This document shows positions 1 through 9,418 of a DNA stretch of 47,626 bases, in pieces; position 1 is the first letter of the stretch; each line of letters begins with the position of its first letter. The translations under genes and the position numbers were made by a program. The notes under the pieces are model-generated. The model ran no database searches and had not been told where the DNA came from. It saw only the letters and a list, made by a program, of their open reading frames with translations. Where the stretch lies: positions 1 to 47,626 of the forward strand of contig JAUWOP010000004.1 of the NCBI GenBank assembly GCA_030612045.1, written 5' to 3'. Source of the DNA: Chloroflexota bacterium. GTDB lineage: Bacteria; Chloroflexota; Dehalococcoidia; UBA2247; JAUWOP01.

Positions 1-35
1 TCAGCTTTTCTACGCTTGTTGGGGACATTGTCATC

Positions 36-303
36 CCTAACCTTGCTCATTCTTTGCTGGGGATGAAAACATTCCCCCTTGAGCCAGCTAGAATTTTCAT
101 AGTAGCGTGGGTGCTTGTCCCCCCCCCCTGCCGCGGATAAACGGATTGTTTGTTATCTTCGTCAATGCCGCGCTCGTGTCCCCCCCCCCTGCCGAGGATA
201 AACCTCGGCGCTACGATGGCTATCGGCGCTACAATGGCTAATCGTAAGAAGAGACTATCCTATTCTAAAGTTTCCAGGAGCACTAAAAGTATTGGAAGAG
301 ACT
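36..303. repeat. Dispersed REP/MITE-like element with GTAG-type palindromes, copy 1
   Basis: Close match to the reverse complement of 47410-47626 (cctaaccttgctcattctttgctggggatgaaaac ... ctaaagtttccaggagcactaaaagtattggaagagact); contains the gccgagg-ataaa-cctcggc-gctac palindrome. Confidence 0.85.
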
Positions 304-308
304 CCCCC

Positions 309-337
309 TTGTAATTATTCTGATTGTCCTGTATACT
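309..337 (+). promoter_or_regulatory. Putative sigma70 promoter for the zinc-ribbon gene
   Basis: TTGTAA-17 nt-TATACT. Confidence 0.55.
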
Positions 338-479
338 TAGATTAGTGGCTTAATAAGGTTACCAGTTCTACTAGCAACCCCTTAGAGTTTCCCCAGTAAA
401 GGTCTCTTCAAGGTAAGGTTCCTCAAGGTATTGGATGACCGAAGTTTAGTTCACAATTTTTGAGAAAGGAGGTCATCCA

Positions 480-788
480 ATGAGCTTTATTGATAGAGAA
501 CTGCAGTGCGCTGACTGTGGGAGTACCTTTACCTTTACTACCAGTGAACAAGAGTTCTTCGCTGCCAAAGGCTTCACGAACGATCCCAAGCGTTGTCCGG
601 ATTGTCGTGCGGCAAGGAAGCAGGAACGTGGAGGCGGCTCTGGGAGCTTTGGCTCTCATAGGCGGATGTATCCGGCTGTGTGTGCTGCATGTGGTATCGA
701 CACCGAAGTGCCGTTCGAGCCCCGTGAAGGCAGACCAGTGTATTGCAGCCAATGCTACAATGCGGTTGGATCCGCAAACAGGCGATAG
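480..788 (+). CDS. Zinc-ribbon / CxxC-x17-CxxC domain protein
   Basis: CADC..FTFT..EQEFF..KGF.N.PKRCPDCR N-terminal domain, Gly-rich linker, CAAC-x17-CSQC; SD aaggagg. Confidence 0.9.
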   Translation: MSFIDRELQCADCGSTFTFTTSEQEFFAAKGFTNDPKRCPDCRAARKQERGGGSGSFGSHRRMYPAVCAACGIDTEVPFEPREGRPVYCSQCYNAVGSANRR

Positions 789-813
789 CCTTACCACTAC
801 GGAAGGTTAAGAG

Positions 814-843
814 AAGGGCCGGGAATTAGTCTCGGCCCTTTTT
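814..843 (+). terminator. Rho-independent terminator
   Basis: aagggccggga/tctcggccctt stem followed by a T run. Confidence 0.8.
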
Positions 844-984
844 CTGTGACAACGCTATAGCGTTCCCTGAATGTGTTGCTTCTCTTGCCCCCAACTCATT
901 GCAGCCGAGCGCACTAGTTGGCTCGATTGTTCCTACATTCGTATTTAGGTATCCTAAATAGATGTCCCTTTAAGGAGGTACGAA

Positions 985-1791
985 ATGGAAGTGGGATACG
1001 TCATTGCTCTGCTGGGAACAGGCGTAGGGGTGGGGTTTTTCCAGGGGCTTCTGGGGGTCGGTGGCTGCTTCATTATGGTTCCGGTAACAACCATAATATT
1101 TACCCATATGGGTGTTCCCATAGATACAGCAGTGAAGCTTGCCTTTGGCACAAACTTGCTGGTCGTTTTTCCTACAGCTATAAGTAGCTCTCTGGCTCAT
1201 CACCGCAAGGGCGCAGTTTGGTGGAAAGCAGGTATCACCCTGGGTATCGCAGTAGCAGCCGGAGCCCTGCTGGGTTCGACTATTACCTCCCAATTTATCA
1301 GCGGCGGGATAATAAAGGTTGTCTTTGGTGCGGTAATTCTTGCTGCCGCTGTGAGGATGCTCACCGCAAAACCACCAAAGATTGAGGAGGAGCCAAAGGA
1401 TAGCCTGCGACTTTGGGCTGCCTGTGGTTTTCCTTTAGGAATCGTGAGCGGGCTTATTGCCATTGGTGGTGGTGTGCTCATGGTTCCAGTTCTTACCACT
1501 GCCCTCAAATTTAAGATGCACAGAGCTGTTGGCACCTCAACTGCAATGATGATATTCAGTGGCGCCGCTGGAGCCCTGGGCTACTTCTTGAACGGGCTTC
1601 ATGCTCCAGATCTGCCGTCTCACTCTTTTGGTTATATCAATCTGACAGCCTGGCTCTGCTTGGTGGCTACCAGCGTTGGTATGGCGCAGGTTGGTGCCAG
1701 GACAGCCCACAGGCTCCCGGCAAAACAATTAAGGTATATCTTCGTTATTGTGACGGTCTATATGGGGCTCAAGATGATAGGAGTTCTTTGA
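985..1791 (+). CDS. Sulfite exporter TauE/SafE (TSUP) family membrane protein
   Basis: Duplicated GLLGVGG / GLIAIGGG motifs, AVGTS, about 8 hydrophobic helices; SD aaggaggt. Confidence 0.9.
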   Translation: MEVGYVIALLGTGVGVGFFQGLLGVGGCFIMVPVTTIIFTHMGVPIDTAVKLAFGTNLLVVFPTAISSSLAHHRKGAVWWKAGITLGIAVAAGALLGSTITSQFISGGIIKVVFGAVILAAAVRMLTAKPPKIEEEPKDSLRLWAACGFPLGIVSGLIAIGGGVLMVPVLTTALKFKMHRAVGTSTAMMIFSGAAGALGYFLNGLHAPDLPSHSFGYINLTAWLCLVATSVGMAQVGARTAHRLPAKQLRYIFVIVTVYMGLKMIGVL

Positions 1792-1868
1792 GCGGCTGAG
1801 ATGGCATGTCTAGATCCAGTCTAAAATCCCCTGGGATAGTATGCTAGGATATGTTCCGTGACGCGAAG

Positions 1869-1945
1869 TGGTACCCCTGGCGCGACTCGAACGCGCGACA
1901 CGCGGTTTAGGAAACCGCTGCTCTATCCGCCTGAGCTACAGGGGC
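1869..1945 (-). tRNA. tRNA-Arg (anticodon CCT)
   Basis: Reverse complement GCCCCTGTAGCTCAGGCGGATAGAGCA-GCGGT-TTCCTAA-ACCGC...GTTCGAGTC...CAGGGGTACCA folds as a cloverleaf with encoded CCA. Confidence 0.95.
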
Positions 1946-2138
1946 ATATAAACTATCCCACAAAGCTGAGGATTCTAGTAAGCAGGAAAGGTTATAAGAC
2001 CTTTGGGGGTTAGTTTACTTCTTACCATCTGCAGGATTTATTTTACTACATGGGATAATTAAACCGCAACTTATGTACTTAACCTGCACTTGCCCAATTA
2101 TCATCCTTACTATATTATAGGATTTGAGGTGAGATGTT

Positions 2139-2936
2139 ATGGGTAGTTCAATCCAGCAAGCGACAAATGATTTAATGAACAGCAGGTATGCCATAGCATT
2201 GAGCGGGGCTGGAATATCAACAGAATCCGGGATACCAGACTTTAGGGGTCCAAAAGGGATTTGGACCACAGATAGAGAAGCAGAGGCTAAGGCTTACCAA
2301 AGATACGAGCTTTTCTTGAGAGACCCTAAATCCTATTGGGAGGAGATGTTAGGCTCTAAGGGTACATATGGAGGATTCTATGATGAGGTTAGAAAAGGAA
2401 AGCCAAATCCCGGCCACTATGCTCTGGCAGAGCTTGAAAAACTGGGAGTCATTAAGTGTGTGATTACACAGAATATTGATGGACTGCACGAAAAGGCAGG
2501 GAGCAAGAATGTAGTAGAATACCACGGTGGTGTTCATAAATTGAGATGTGCCTCATGCGGCACAAGATTTGGATTTGAGGAGATTTCTTTGGAGAATCTA
2601 CCTCCTCGCTGCAAGTGCGGTGGAGCAATAAAGTATGATGTAGTCCATTTCAAAGAGCCAATCCCTTCCGATGTTGTAGAAAGGGCAGAAGAGGAATCTC
2701 TAAAGTGTGATTTAATGCTCATATGTGGAACATCAGCGGTCGTTTATCCCTTTGCTAGCCTGCCCAGGATGGCAAAGCTGGGCGGACATAGAGCGAGCAT
2801 AAAGGTAGTAGAGATAAATGCGGAGTCTACACCGCTCACCTATGAAGGTATATCGGATTATCTCATCCAGGGGAAAACTGGTGAGATTCTGCCTGAAATA
2901 GTTAAAGGTATAAAGCTCATTGTCAATAGTCGATAG
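2139..2936 (+). CDS. cobB: Sir2-family NAD-dependent protein deacylase
   Basis: GAGISTESGIPDFRG, TQNIDGLH, HG, Zn cysteines, GTSAVVYP. Confidence 0.9.
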   Translation: MGSSIQQATNDLMNSRYAIALSGAGISTESGIPDFRGPKGIWTTDREAEAKAYQRYELFLRDPKSYWEEMLGSKGTYGGFYDEVRKGKPNPGHYALAELEKLGVIKCVITQNIDGLHEKAGSKNVVEYHGGVHKLRCASCGTRFGFEEISLENLPPRCKCGGAIKYDVVHFKEPIPSDVVERAEEESLKCDLMLICGTSAVVYPFASLPRMAKLGGHRASIKVVEINAESTPLTYEGISDYLIQGKTGEILPEIVKGIKLIVNSR

Positions 2937-2963
2937 TCAGGAGTTAGGGGGAGGGGGAGTGGG

Positions 2964-2989
2964 GGACTTAGGACTTAGGACTTAGGACT
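2964..2989 (+). repeat. Heptamer tandem repeat (GGACTTA) x~3.7
   Basis: ggactta ggactta ggactta ggact; the same unit recurs near 38413-38427. Confidence 0.8.
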
Positions 2990-3038
2990 AATTAAACCCC
3001 CATGGGCGGTTGCCCACCAACGAACCATGAAAATAAGC

Positions 3039-3142
3039 TGTCATTACGAGCGGAGCAAAGCAATCCCCCTTTACTAAAGGGGGACTAAGGGGGATTAAAG
3101 AGATTAGCTTGCGTCTTCGTTGCTACGCTCCTCGCAAAGACA
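3039..3142. repeat. Inverted pair of TGTCATTGCGAG-type (CGTC-family-like) palindromic repeats enclosing a CCCCCTTT..AAAGGGGG stem
   Basis: tgtcattacgagcggagcaaagcaatc ... gagattagcttgcgtcttcgttgctacgctcctcgcaaagaca. Confidence 0.7.
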
Positions 3143-3187
3143 CAAGCATTCTACTTTCGGAATAAAGGGGGTTTAAGGGGCTCTTCA

Positions 3188-4318
3188 ATGGTTCAGACTC
3201 TAATTACCAATCTATCTCTGGCTGAGCTAGCTAACCTGATGGAGTCATGGGGTGAGCCAGCCTTCCGCGCCCACCAGGTATGGGGCTGGGTATACCAGTC
3301 GCTGGCTTCTTCTTTCGAGGAGATGAGCAATCTCCCCCAGAGACTACGCCAGAGCCTGGCTCAGGAACTGTACCTGACATCATTGGTCCCAATTCAGGAA
3401 GTCAGGTCTGCCAATAGCCAGACTACCGGCACAAGCACTACGAAAAAGGTACTCTTCCAACTCAATGATGGCAAGACTATTGAGACAGTGTTTCTCTACC
3501 ATAAGGGGACATACCACCCTGGCATAGGTATTGTGAAGAAGGAACGCCAAACCGTCTGTGTCTCTACCCAGGTAGGCTGCTCCATCTCTTGTCCCTTCTG
3601 TGCTACTGGGCAACAGCCCTTTGAACGCAATCTTACTACTGGAGAGATAGTAGAGCAGGTTTTATATTTCGCTCGGAAGAAACACAAGATTACTAATGTA
3701 GTCTTCATGGGAATGGGAGAGCCTCTAGCTAATTATGATGCTACCCTCAAAGCCATAAGGATACTGAACTCAAGTCAGGGCTTTCATCTGGGCGCAAGGC
3801 ACTTTACCCTCTCCACCGCAGGACTGGTACCCCAGATTAACCAACTCGCTAAGGAGGATGTCCAGGTGGGACTGGCAGTTTCCCTGCATGCCGCTGATAA
3901 TGCCCTTAGAGATAAGCTAGTTCCTATAAATAAGCGGTACCCCTTGGAAACACTCATTGAGGCATGCCAGAATTATATTAATTCTACCGGTCGACGTGTA
4001 ACCTTTGAATACATACTATTCAACGGGATAAATGATTCGGTAAAGCAAGCAAGAAAGCTCAGCAGTTTGGTAACAGGGATGAACTGCCATGTTAACCTCA
4101 TCCCCACTAATCCCACAGGTAATAAACGGTTCAGTCCACCACTTCCTGAGAATGCAGCAGCTTTCCAGATGGAGCTTGAGCATCATTACATCACCACTAC
4201 TCTGCGGAGGAGCATGGGTGCGGATATTCACGCAGGATGTGGACAATTGCGCAGCCACTACAATTGTGAGGAGCCCAGTAAGATTCTGTGTTCTATATCG
4301 TCCAAACCTGGTGAGTAG
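3188..4318 (+). CDS. rlmN: Dual-specificity RNA methyltransferase RlmN
   Basis: CVSTQVGCxxxCxFC radical SAM motif, FMGMGEPLAN, SLHA, DIHAGCGQL. Confidence 0.95.
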   Translation: MVQTLITNLSLAELANLMESWGEPAFRAHQVWGWVYQSLASSFEEMSNLPQRLRQSLAQELYLTSLVPIQEVRSANSQTTGTSTTKKVLFQLNDGKTIETVFLYHKGTYHPGIGIVKKERQTVCVSTQVGCSISCPFCATGQQPFERNLTTGEIVEQVLYFARKKHKITNVVFMGMGEPLANYDATLKAIRILNSSQGFHLGARHFTLSTAGLVPQINQLAKEDVQVGLAVSLHAADNALRDKLVPINKRYPLETLIEACQNYINSTGRRVTFEYILFNGINDSVKQARKLSSLVTGMNCHVNLIPTNPTGNKRFSPPLPENAAAFQMELEHHYITTTLRRSMGADIHAGCGQLRSHYNCEEPSKILCSISSKPGE

Positions 4319-4367
4319 GTTGATTGATGTTAGTCGACCTACCTACTATAAGAGAGGAGCTACAGGG

Positions 4368-5615
4368 ATGTTAAAAACGATTGTCGAGATTAATGAGAGG
4401 ATTCAAAAAGGGGAAGCTGTGGTAGTTACCGCTGAAGAGGTGATAGACATAGCAGAAAAGAATGGTATTACCAGAGCTACTCAGGAGATAGATGTAGTTA
4501 CAACCGCTACTTTTGGTCCCATGTGCTCCTCAGGTGCATATTTCAATATCGGACAGGCCAAGCCTCGCATAAAATTTGGAGGTAGTACTATCTACCTTAA
4601 TGATGTACCAGCCTATGCAGGATGGGCAGCGGCAGATTTATACCTCGGTGCTACAGCTATCCCTGACCATGACCCCAGAAATAAAGTATACCCTGGTGAG
4701 TTCATATATGGGGGGGGACACGTAATCGAGGATTTACTGGAAGGGAAGGATGTTAGGTTGGTAGCTTCCGCTTATGGAACAGATTGCTACCCCAAGCGGA
4801 AGCTGGAAACATGGGTTAATCTCGATGACTTTAATCAGGCAGTATTATTCAATGTCCGGAATGCCTCACAGAACTATAATGTTGCGGTTAACTCTTCTAA
4901 TAGGATAATCTATACCTATATGGGGATGCTTAAGCCTAACTTGGGGAATGCTACATATTCCTCCGCAGGGCAGCTATCACCGCTACTTAATGACCCTTAT
5001 TACAAAACTATTGGCATCGGAACAAGGATATTCCTTGGGGGGGGGATTGGGTATGTTACCTGGCAGGGAACTCAGCACAATCCTGATGTCCTTCGGAGTG
5101 AGGATGGTGTGCCCCGAGGATGTGGTGGTACTCTGGCAGTTATCGGAGACTTGAAGCAGATGAGTTCCCGCTGGCTGAGAGGGACTAGCTTTCTTGGCTA
5201 TGGATGCAATATGATGGTTGGAATCGGTATCCCTATACCCATCCTTTCTGAAGAAATGCTCCGTTACACGATGGTAAAAGATGCGGATATTGTTGCTCCG
5301 GTGGTGGATTATTCGGATGCCTACCCCCAGAGGAAGTCAGATATACTGGGAGAGGTGAGCTATGCCGAGCTGAAGAGCGGAAAAATAGTATTGCGGGAAA
5401 AGGAAGTCCCTACGGCATCACTGTCAAGTTACTACAAGGCTGTAGAGATTGCTCATACCTTAAAGAGATGGATACAGAAGGGGGAGTTCCTACTTACAGA
5501 GCCTGTGGCACCCCTCCCTGGAATAGAATCAGGGATTATCCTCAAGCCCCTGGAGGAACGCCCCGCAGGTGTAAGCATTGCGAAGAATGGGTCTATTTAC
5601 CGCAGGAGGGAGTAG
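4368..5615 (+). CDS. Homocysteine biosynthesis protein (DUF39; L-aspartate semialdehyde sulfurtransferase-like, no CBS domains)
   Basis: KTIxEINERI, VVTAEE, DVVTTATFGPMCSSGA, YGGGHVIEDL, GQLSPLLNDP, IGIGTRIFLGG; ATG at 4368 follows SD gaggag. Confidence 0.88.
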   Translation: MLKTIVEINERIQKGEAVVVTAEEVIDIAEKNGITRATQEIDVVTTATFGPMCSSGAYFNIGQAKPRIKFGGSTIYLNDVPAYAGWAAADLYLGATAIPDHDPRNKVYPGEFIYGGGHVIEDLLEGKDVRLVASAYGTDCYPKRKLETWVNLDDFNQAVLFNVRNASQNYNVAVNSSNRIIYTYMGMLKPNLGNATYSSAGQLSPLLNDPYYKTIGIGTRIFLGGGIGYVTWQGTQHNPDVLRSEDGVPRGCGGTLAVIGDLKQMSSRWLRGTSFLGYGCNMMVGIGIPIPILSEEMLRYTMVKDADIVAPVVDYSDAYPQRKSDILGEVSYAELKSGKIVLREKEVPTASLSSYYKAVEIAHTLKRWIQKGEFLLTEPVAPLPGIESGIILKPLEERPAGVSIAKNGSIYRRRE

Positions 5616-5617
5616 AA

Positions 5618-6028
5618 ATGGCTATTTCCATAAAAGTAGTGCTGCATTTCCCACGGCATCTGATGAATCAGCCCATAATTTATCATTTAGCAAGGCACTA
5701 CGATGTAGAATTCAATATCCTCAAAGCCTCTATCACCCCACAAGAAGAAGGTGTGTTGGTTATGGAGTTGAAAGGGGAACAGAAGGACTATGAGGGCGGA
5801 ATTAAATATCTTACCGATTCAGGGGTAGAGGTTCATCCCCTGAGTCGGAATGTTGCCCGTGATGAAGATAAATGTACCCACTGTGGAGTCTGTGTTGCAG
5901 TTTGTCCTGTTGGGGCTCTTATTCTAGACCCAGCTACTAGACGAGTTGATTTCTGTGAGAGCAAGTGTATCGCCTGTGAGTTGTGCATCAAGGCATGCCC
6001 TCCACGGGCGATGAAGGTATGCCTCTAA
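5618..6028 (+). CDS. NIL-domain 2x[4Fe-4S] ferredoxin
   Basis: FNILKA (NIL) domain plus CTHCGVCVAVCP and CIACELCIKACP; ATG at 5618. Confidence 0.9.
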   Translation: MAISIKVVLHFPRHLMNQPIIYHLARHYDVEFNILKASITPQEEGVLVMELKGEQKDYEGGIKYLTDSGVEVHPLSRNVARDEDKCTHCGVCVAVCPVGALILDPATRRVDFCESKCIACELCIKACPPRAMKVCL

Positions 6029-6095
6029 AGTAACCCCAAAAACTCCTGCGCCCATTTTCCCTTACACCCTTTCACACAAAACAGTGTAGAGCCAT

Positions 6096-6857
6096 ATGGT
6101 ATATGAACCGAGAACTTATCGTCACCCTGCCAGAGGTAACAACCTGGTCTCTTTTAGTGCTGTAATAAAGGAGAGCGACCTCTATATTCAAGCCAGACGC
6201 AATTTAAGAAGAAAGGCATTGAAGGCTCTCCTGAAATATCGTACTACCCTGGAGAGGTATATCGAGCAGCACCCTTACTTTCTTACTGCAATGGAGCCCC
6301 TCCCTGTAGAGGAAGCTGCTCCCCAGATTGTAAAGGAGATGATGAGAGCAGCAGAAAAAGCAGGAGTAGGACCGATGGCAGCGGTAGCAGGAGCTATTGC
6401 CGAGAGGGTAGGAGAGGAGTTACTTGCCTTCTCACCCGAAATAATTGTAGAGAATGGTGGGGACATCTTCCTGAAAAGCCTGAGACGGAGAGCGATTGGT
6501 ATATATGCTGGGAAGTCATCTTTCAGTGGCAAACTTGCCCTGGAGATTAACCCCGAGGATACCCCTCTAGGAGTATGTACCTCTTCAGGCACAATAGGGC
6601 ATTCCTTTAGTAAAGGTAGAGCGGATGTGGCTGTAGTCCTATCGGAATCGGCTGCTCTCGCTGATGCTACGGCTACTGCTGTAGGAAACCTGGTACAAAA
6701 GTCAGCAGATATTCCCCAAGCAATCGAGTTTGCCAGTCACATCGAGGGTGTAAAGGGGGTTATGATTATTATTGGTGATGACTTAGGGGTATGGGGGAAT
6801 GTGAAGCTTATCAGGTCAGTGGCAGATGCTTCCCCTGACGATAGCCATAGTAGATGA
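6096..6857 (+). CDS. UPF0280 / ApbE-like protein
   Basis: YEPRTYR, VGPMAAVAGAIA, IVENGGDI, GVCTSSGTIGHSFSxG, ALADAxATA. Confidence 0.9.
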   Translation: MVYEPRTYRHPARGNNLVSFSAVIKESDLYIQARRNLRRKALKALLKYRTTLERYIEQHPYFLTAMEPLPVEEAAPQIVKEMMRAAEKAGVGPMAAVAGAIAERVGEELLAFSPEIIVENGGDIFLKSLRRRAIGIYAGKSSFSGKLALEINPEDTPLGVCTSSGTIGHSFSKGRADVAVVLSESAALADATATAVGNLVQKSADIPQAIEFASHIEGVKGVMIIIGDDLGVWGNVKLIRSVADASPDDSHSR

Positions 6858-8253
6858 GCAAACCAAGGAGCATCCAGCCAAAGCCTATCCATGGAGCATA
6901 CTGCTGGTTGATGACGATGATGACCCATATCCCAAAGGTGGCTACTAATCCAACAACGGCAGTGAGAGGAATTTCCCTACCTTTAATCTTTATGTTTAGT
7001 TTTAATTTGAAGGGGCGGGGTAGCCCAGGATTCTTTACCCGCAGCATGAGGATGGAAGCATGAGCGAAGGCAAAAGAGAGTAGCGCCCCAAAGGTATATA
7101 GAGCGCCGAGGTCACTAAAAAAGCTAGCACTGAAGAATCCTGGAACTAGAAGGGCGATTGCTATCAGACAAAACAGAATAATGGAAAAGTACGGAGTACG
7201 AAAGTTGTAATGCACCCGCCCTAGAGCTGAAGGCAACTGATGGTGCGAGCTGAGAGAAAAAGAAAGACGTGAGATTCCCATTATCCCAGCATTTGTAGCA
7301 ATGAACAGAATAGTCGCAGCCAGTACCGCTACTAGAGGGCCGAAGATAGTTTGTACTATTTCCGGCAGCAAAGGACAGGTAACAATACCTGCCACAGGGT
7401 CTCTTCCCCAGATGTTGCCGAGTTCCTGAGGTGTCATAGCTGAGAGAGCTACAACAGAGATGCCGGCAAACATTATCAAGACCACTGCAATCATCATCAT
7501 CAGAGCCCTTGGGGCACGGGATTGAGGCTCCTTTGTCTCTTCTGCCAGCTGAGACACTGTTTCCACACCAGTGTATGCTATTGTAGCAAGAGCAATGCCA
7601 AATACCAGGTCGGTGGTTTCCGGCCAGTTGTTAAACATATTATGAATTAGATTTATCATGCCGTCGAAGCCTAAAAGGATAAACAATATCCCAAGTATAA
7701 TGATGGAGAGCTGAGTTGCTAAGTCAATAGCCGCAGCGAGGATATTTACTCGGGAGGATTCACGCACACCTATAACATTAATAACCATGAGAACCCCTAT
7801 GAGTCCCATAGATACAAGTGTACCCACTATTGGAGAACTCCTCAAAGGTTCCCAAAAGTGTCCCAAATAGGGGGGTATGGTATAAGCTGAAATAGAGATT
7901 GTAACTATATAGCTCAGCATCAATGCCCAACCACTGATAAAGCCTACCAGGTCATTGAAGGCATGCCGGGCAAAACTGGCTGAGCCGCCGGCTTCCGGAA
8001 TCATGGCAGTACCCTCAGCGTAGGTAAGAGCGGTGAAGATAAACAAAATGCCAGCTATAGCCAGGGCTATTGGGGTGGCGCCAAGAGCCACTAACGCGAC
8101 AATCCCCAGAGCATAATAGATAGAAGAACCAACATTGCCATACCCAGCACTAAATAATCCCATGACCCCTACTACCCGTCTCAGGCGCAGGTGTCTTATT
8201 CTGGGGTGGCGGACGATCTTATCCCCCGGCTTTGGCTGCCAGCTATTCTCCAT
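6811..8253 (-). CDS. APC family amino acid permease
   Basis: GNVGSSIYYALG, YAEG..PEAGGS, YTGVET..QLAEE, about 12 TM segments; 3' end overlaps the convergent UPF0280 gene by 47 bp. Confidence 0.9.
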   Translation of the reverse strand: MENSWQPKPGDKIVRHPRIRHLRLRRVVGVMGLFSAGYGNVGSSIYYALGIVALVALGATPIALAIAGILFIFTALTYAEGTAMIPEAGGSASFARHAFNDLVGFISGWALMLSYIVTISISAYTIPPYLGHFWEPLRSSPIVGTLVSMGLIGVLMVINVIGVRESSRVNILAAAIDLATQLSIIILGILFILLGFDGMINLIHNMFNNWPETTDLVFGIALATIAYTGVETVSQLAEETKEPQSRAPRALMMMIAVVLIMFAGISVVALSAMTPQELGNIWGRDPVAGIVTCPLLPEIVQTIFGPLVAVLAATILFIATNAGIMGISRLSFSLSSHHQLPSALGRVHYNFRTPYFSIILFCLIAIALLVPGFFSASFFSDLGALYTFGALLSFAFAHASILMLRVKNPGLPRPFKLKLNIKIKGREIPLTAVVGLVATFGIWVIIVINQQYAPWIGFGWMLLGLLIYYGYRQGKHLPLT

Positions 8254-8486
8254 ATATTCTCGACGGCTTCTCTGTCTATTCTGTTGGAAATACAACGAAG
8301 AATTCTATGCCTCTATCCTTCTCTTGTCAAAGGTTTCTTGGAAGGTGAATCTCTACAATTGTTGATTCATCCCTTGTTATTCTATTGTTCTGCTTATTTG
8401 TCCCCTGAAATCTATTTTGCAGGACGAATCTTTCATTAATTGCCCCGCAAATCCTGATGCGAGTACAGCAATACGGGTACAATACC

Positions 8487-8515
8487 TTGACAGAGAAAAC
8501 TCTCTATGTTAGATT
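8487..8515 (+). promoter_or_regulatory. Putative sigma70 promoter of etfBA
   Basis: TTGACA-17 nt-TAGATT with an extended -10 TG. Confidence 0.65.
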
Positions 8516-8592
8516 TACCCTTGGGAAAGTGAGGTTTGAGTGATAAGTAATAATAGAGGGATAGCTTATAGAAGAAGGAGGTCTCGGTCTTT

Positions 8593-9396
8593 ATGAATAT
8601 GATTGTTTGTGTCAAGCAGGTGCCTGATCCTGAAGCGCCACCTGCTAGCTTTAAAATTGACTCCGCCGCTAATAAGGTAATCCCCCCTCAGGGGGTGGCG
8701 CCGGTGGTCAGTCCCTTCGATGAGAATGCTGTTGAGGCTGCTTTGAAGATTAAGGATAAGGATAAGAGTAGCAAGATTACAGTACTTAGCTTGGGGAATA
8801 AACTGGTCAGGGATGTAATCAAGAAGCCAGTATCTATGGGGAGTGATGAACTGATTTTGCTAGAGGATGAGGCTTTCGAGGAGGGTGATAGTTGGTCCAC
8901 TGCTTATGCCCTGGCGATGGCTATAAAGAAGATTGGCACCTATGACATTATTTTCTGTGGTCGACAGGCGGCAGATTGGGATGCAGGGCAAACAGGCATT
9001 GGAATTGCTGAGCTGCTGGGAATACCCGCAATCACACTAGCAAAGGGTGTGGAGGTTGCTGATGGTAAGGTCAAGGTAGAGAGAGTACTGGCGGATGGCT
9101 ATGAAGTGGTGGAAGCGCCTCTTCCTTGCTTAATAACTGTAAGTAACGAATTAGGTGAACCGCGATATGCTACAATGAAGGGGATTATGGCTGCTGCCAA
9201 GAAGCAGCCTACCATCTGGAAGCCCCAGGACATTGGAGTAGATGCTGCTGAGCTTGGTGCTAAGGGCAGGCATACCAAACTAGTTAAGCTGTTCCAGCCC
9301 GTCAGGGAAGGTAAGTGCGAAGTTATTGAGGGTGAGACTCCTGCTGAGGCAGGTGCTGGTCTGGCAATGAAGCTCCGTGAGGCTAAACTGATATAA
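8593..9396 (+). CDS. etfB: Electron transfer flavoprotein subunit beta
   Basis: IVCVKQVPD, FDENAVEAAL, GRQAADWDAGQ, EPRY. Confidence 0.95.
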   Translation: MNMIVCVKQVPDPEAPPASFKIDSAANKVIPPQGVAPVVSPFDENAVEAALKIKDKDKSSKITVLSLGNKLVRDVIKKPVSMGSDELILLEDEAFEEGDSWSTAYALAMAIKKIGTYDIIFCGRQAADWDAGQTGIGIAELLGIPAITLAKGVEVADGKVKVERVLADGYEVVEAPLPCLITVSNELGEPRYATMKGIMAAAKKQPTIWKPQDIGVDAAELGAKGRHTKLVKLFQPVREGKCEVIEGETPAEAGAGLAMKLREAKLI

Positions 9397-9418
9397 AATT
9401 TCGAGGAGGCAATAGCCA

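Noticed and set aside
1869-1945. tRNA-Arg as the integration site of the phage-like region
   Set aside because: It lies 35 kb away and no duplicated tRNA 3' end is seen at the island borders
4089-4367. N-terminal extensions in the ORF track for DUF39 (also the NIL-ferredoxin and rpsK ORFs)
   Set aside because: They overlap upstream genes; conserved N-termini and SD sites point to the downstream ATGs
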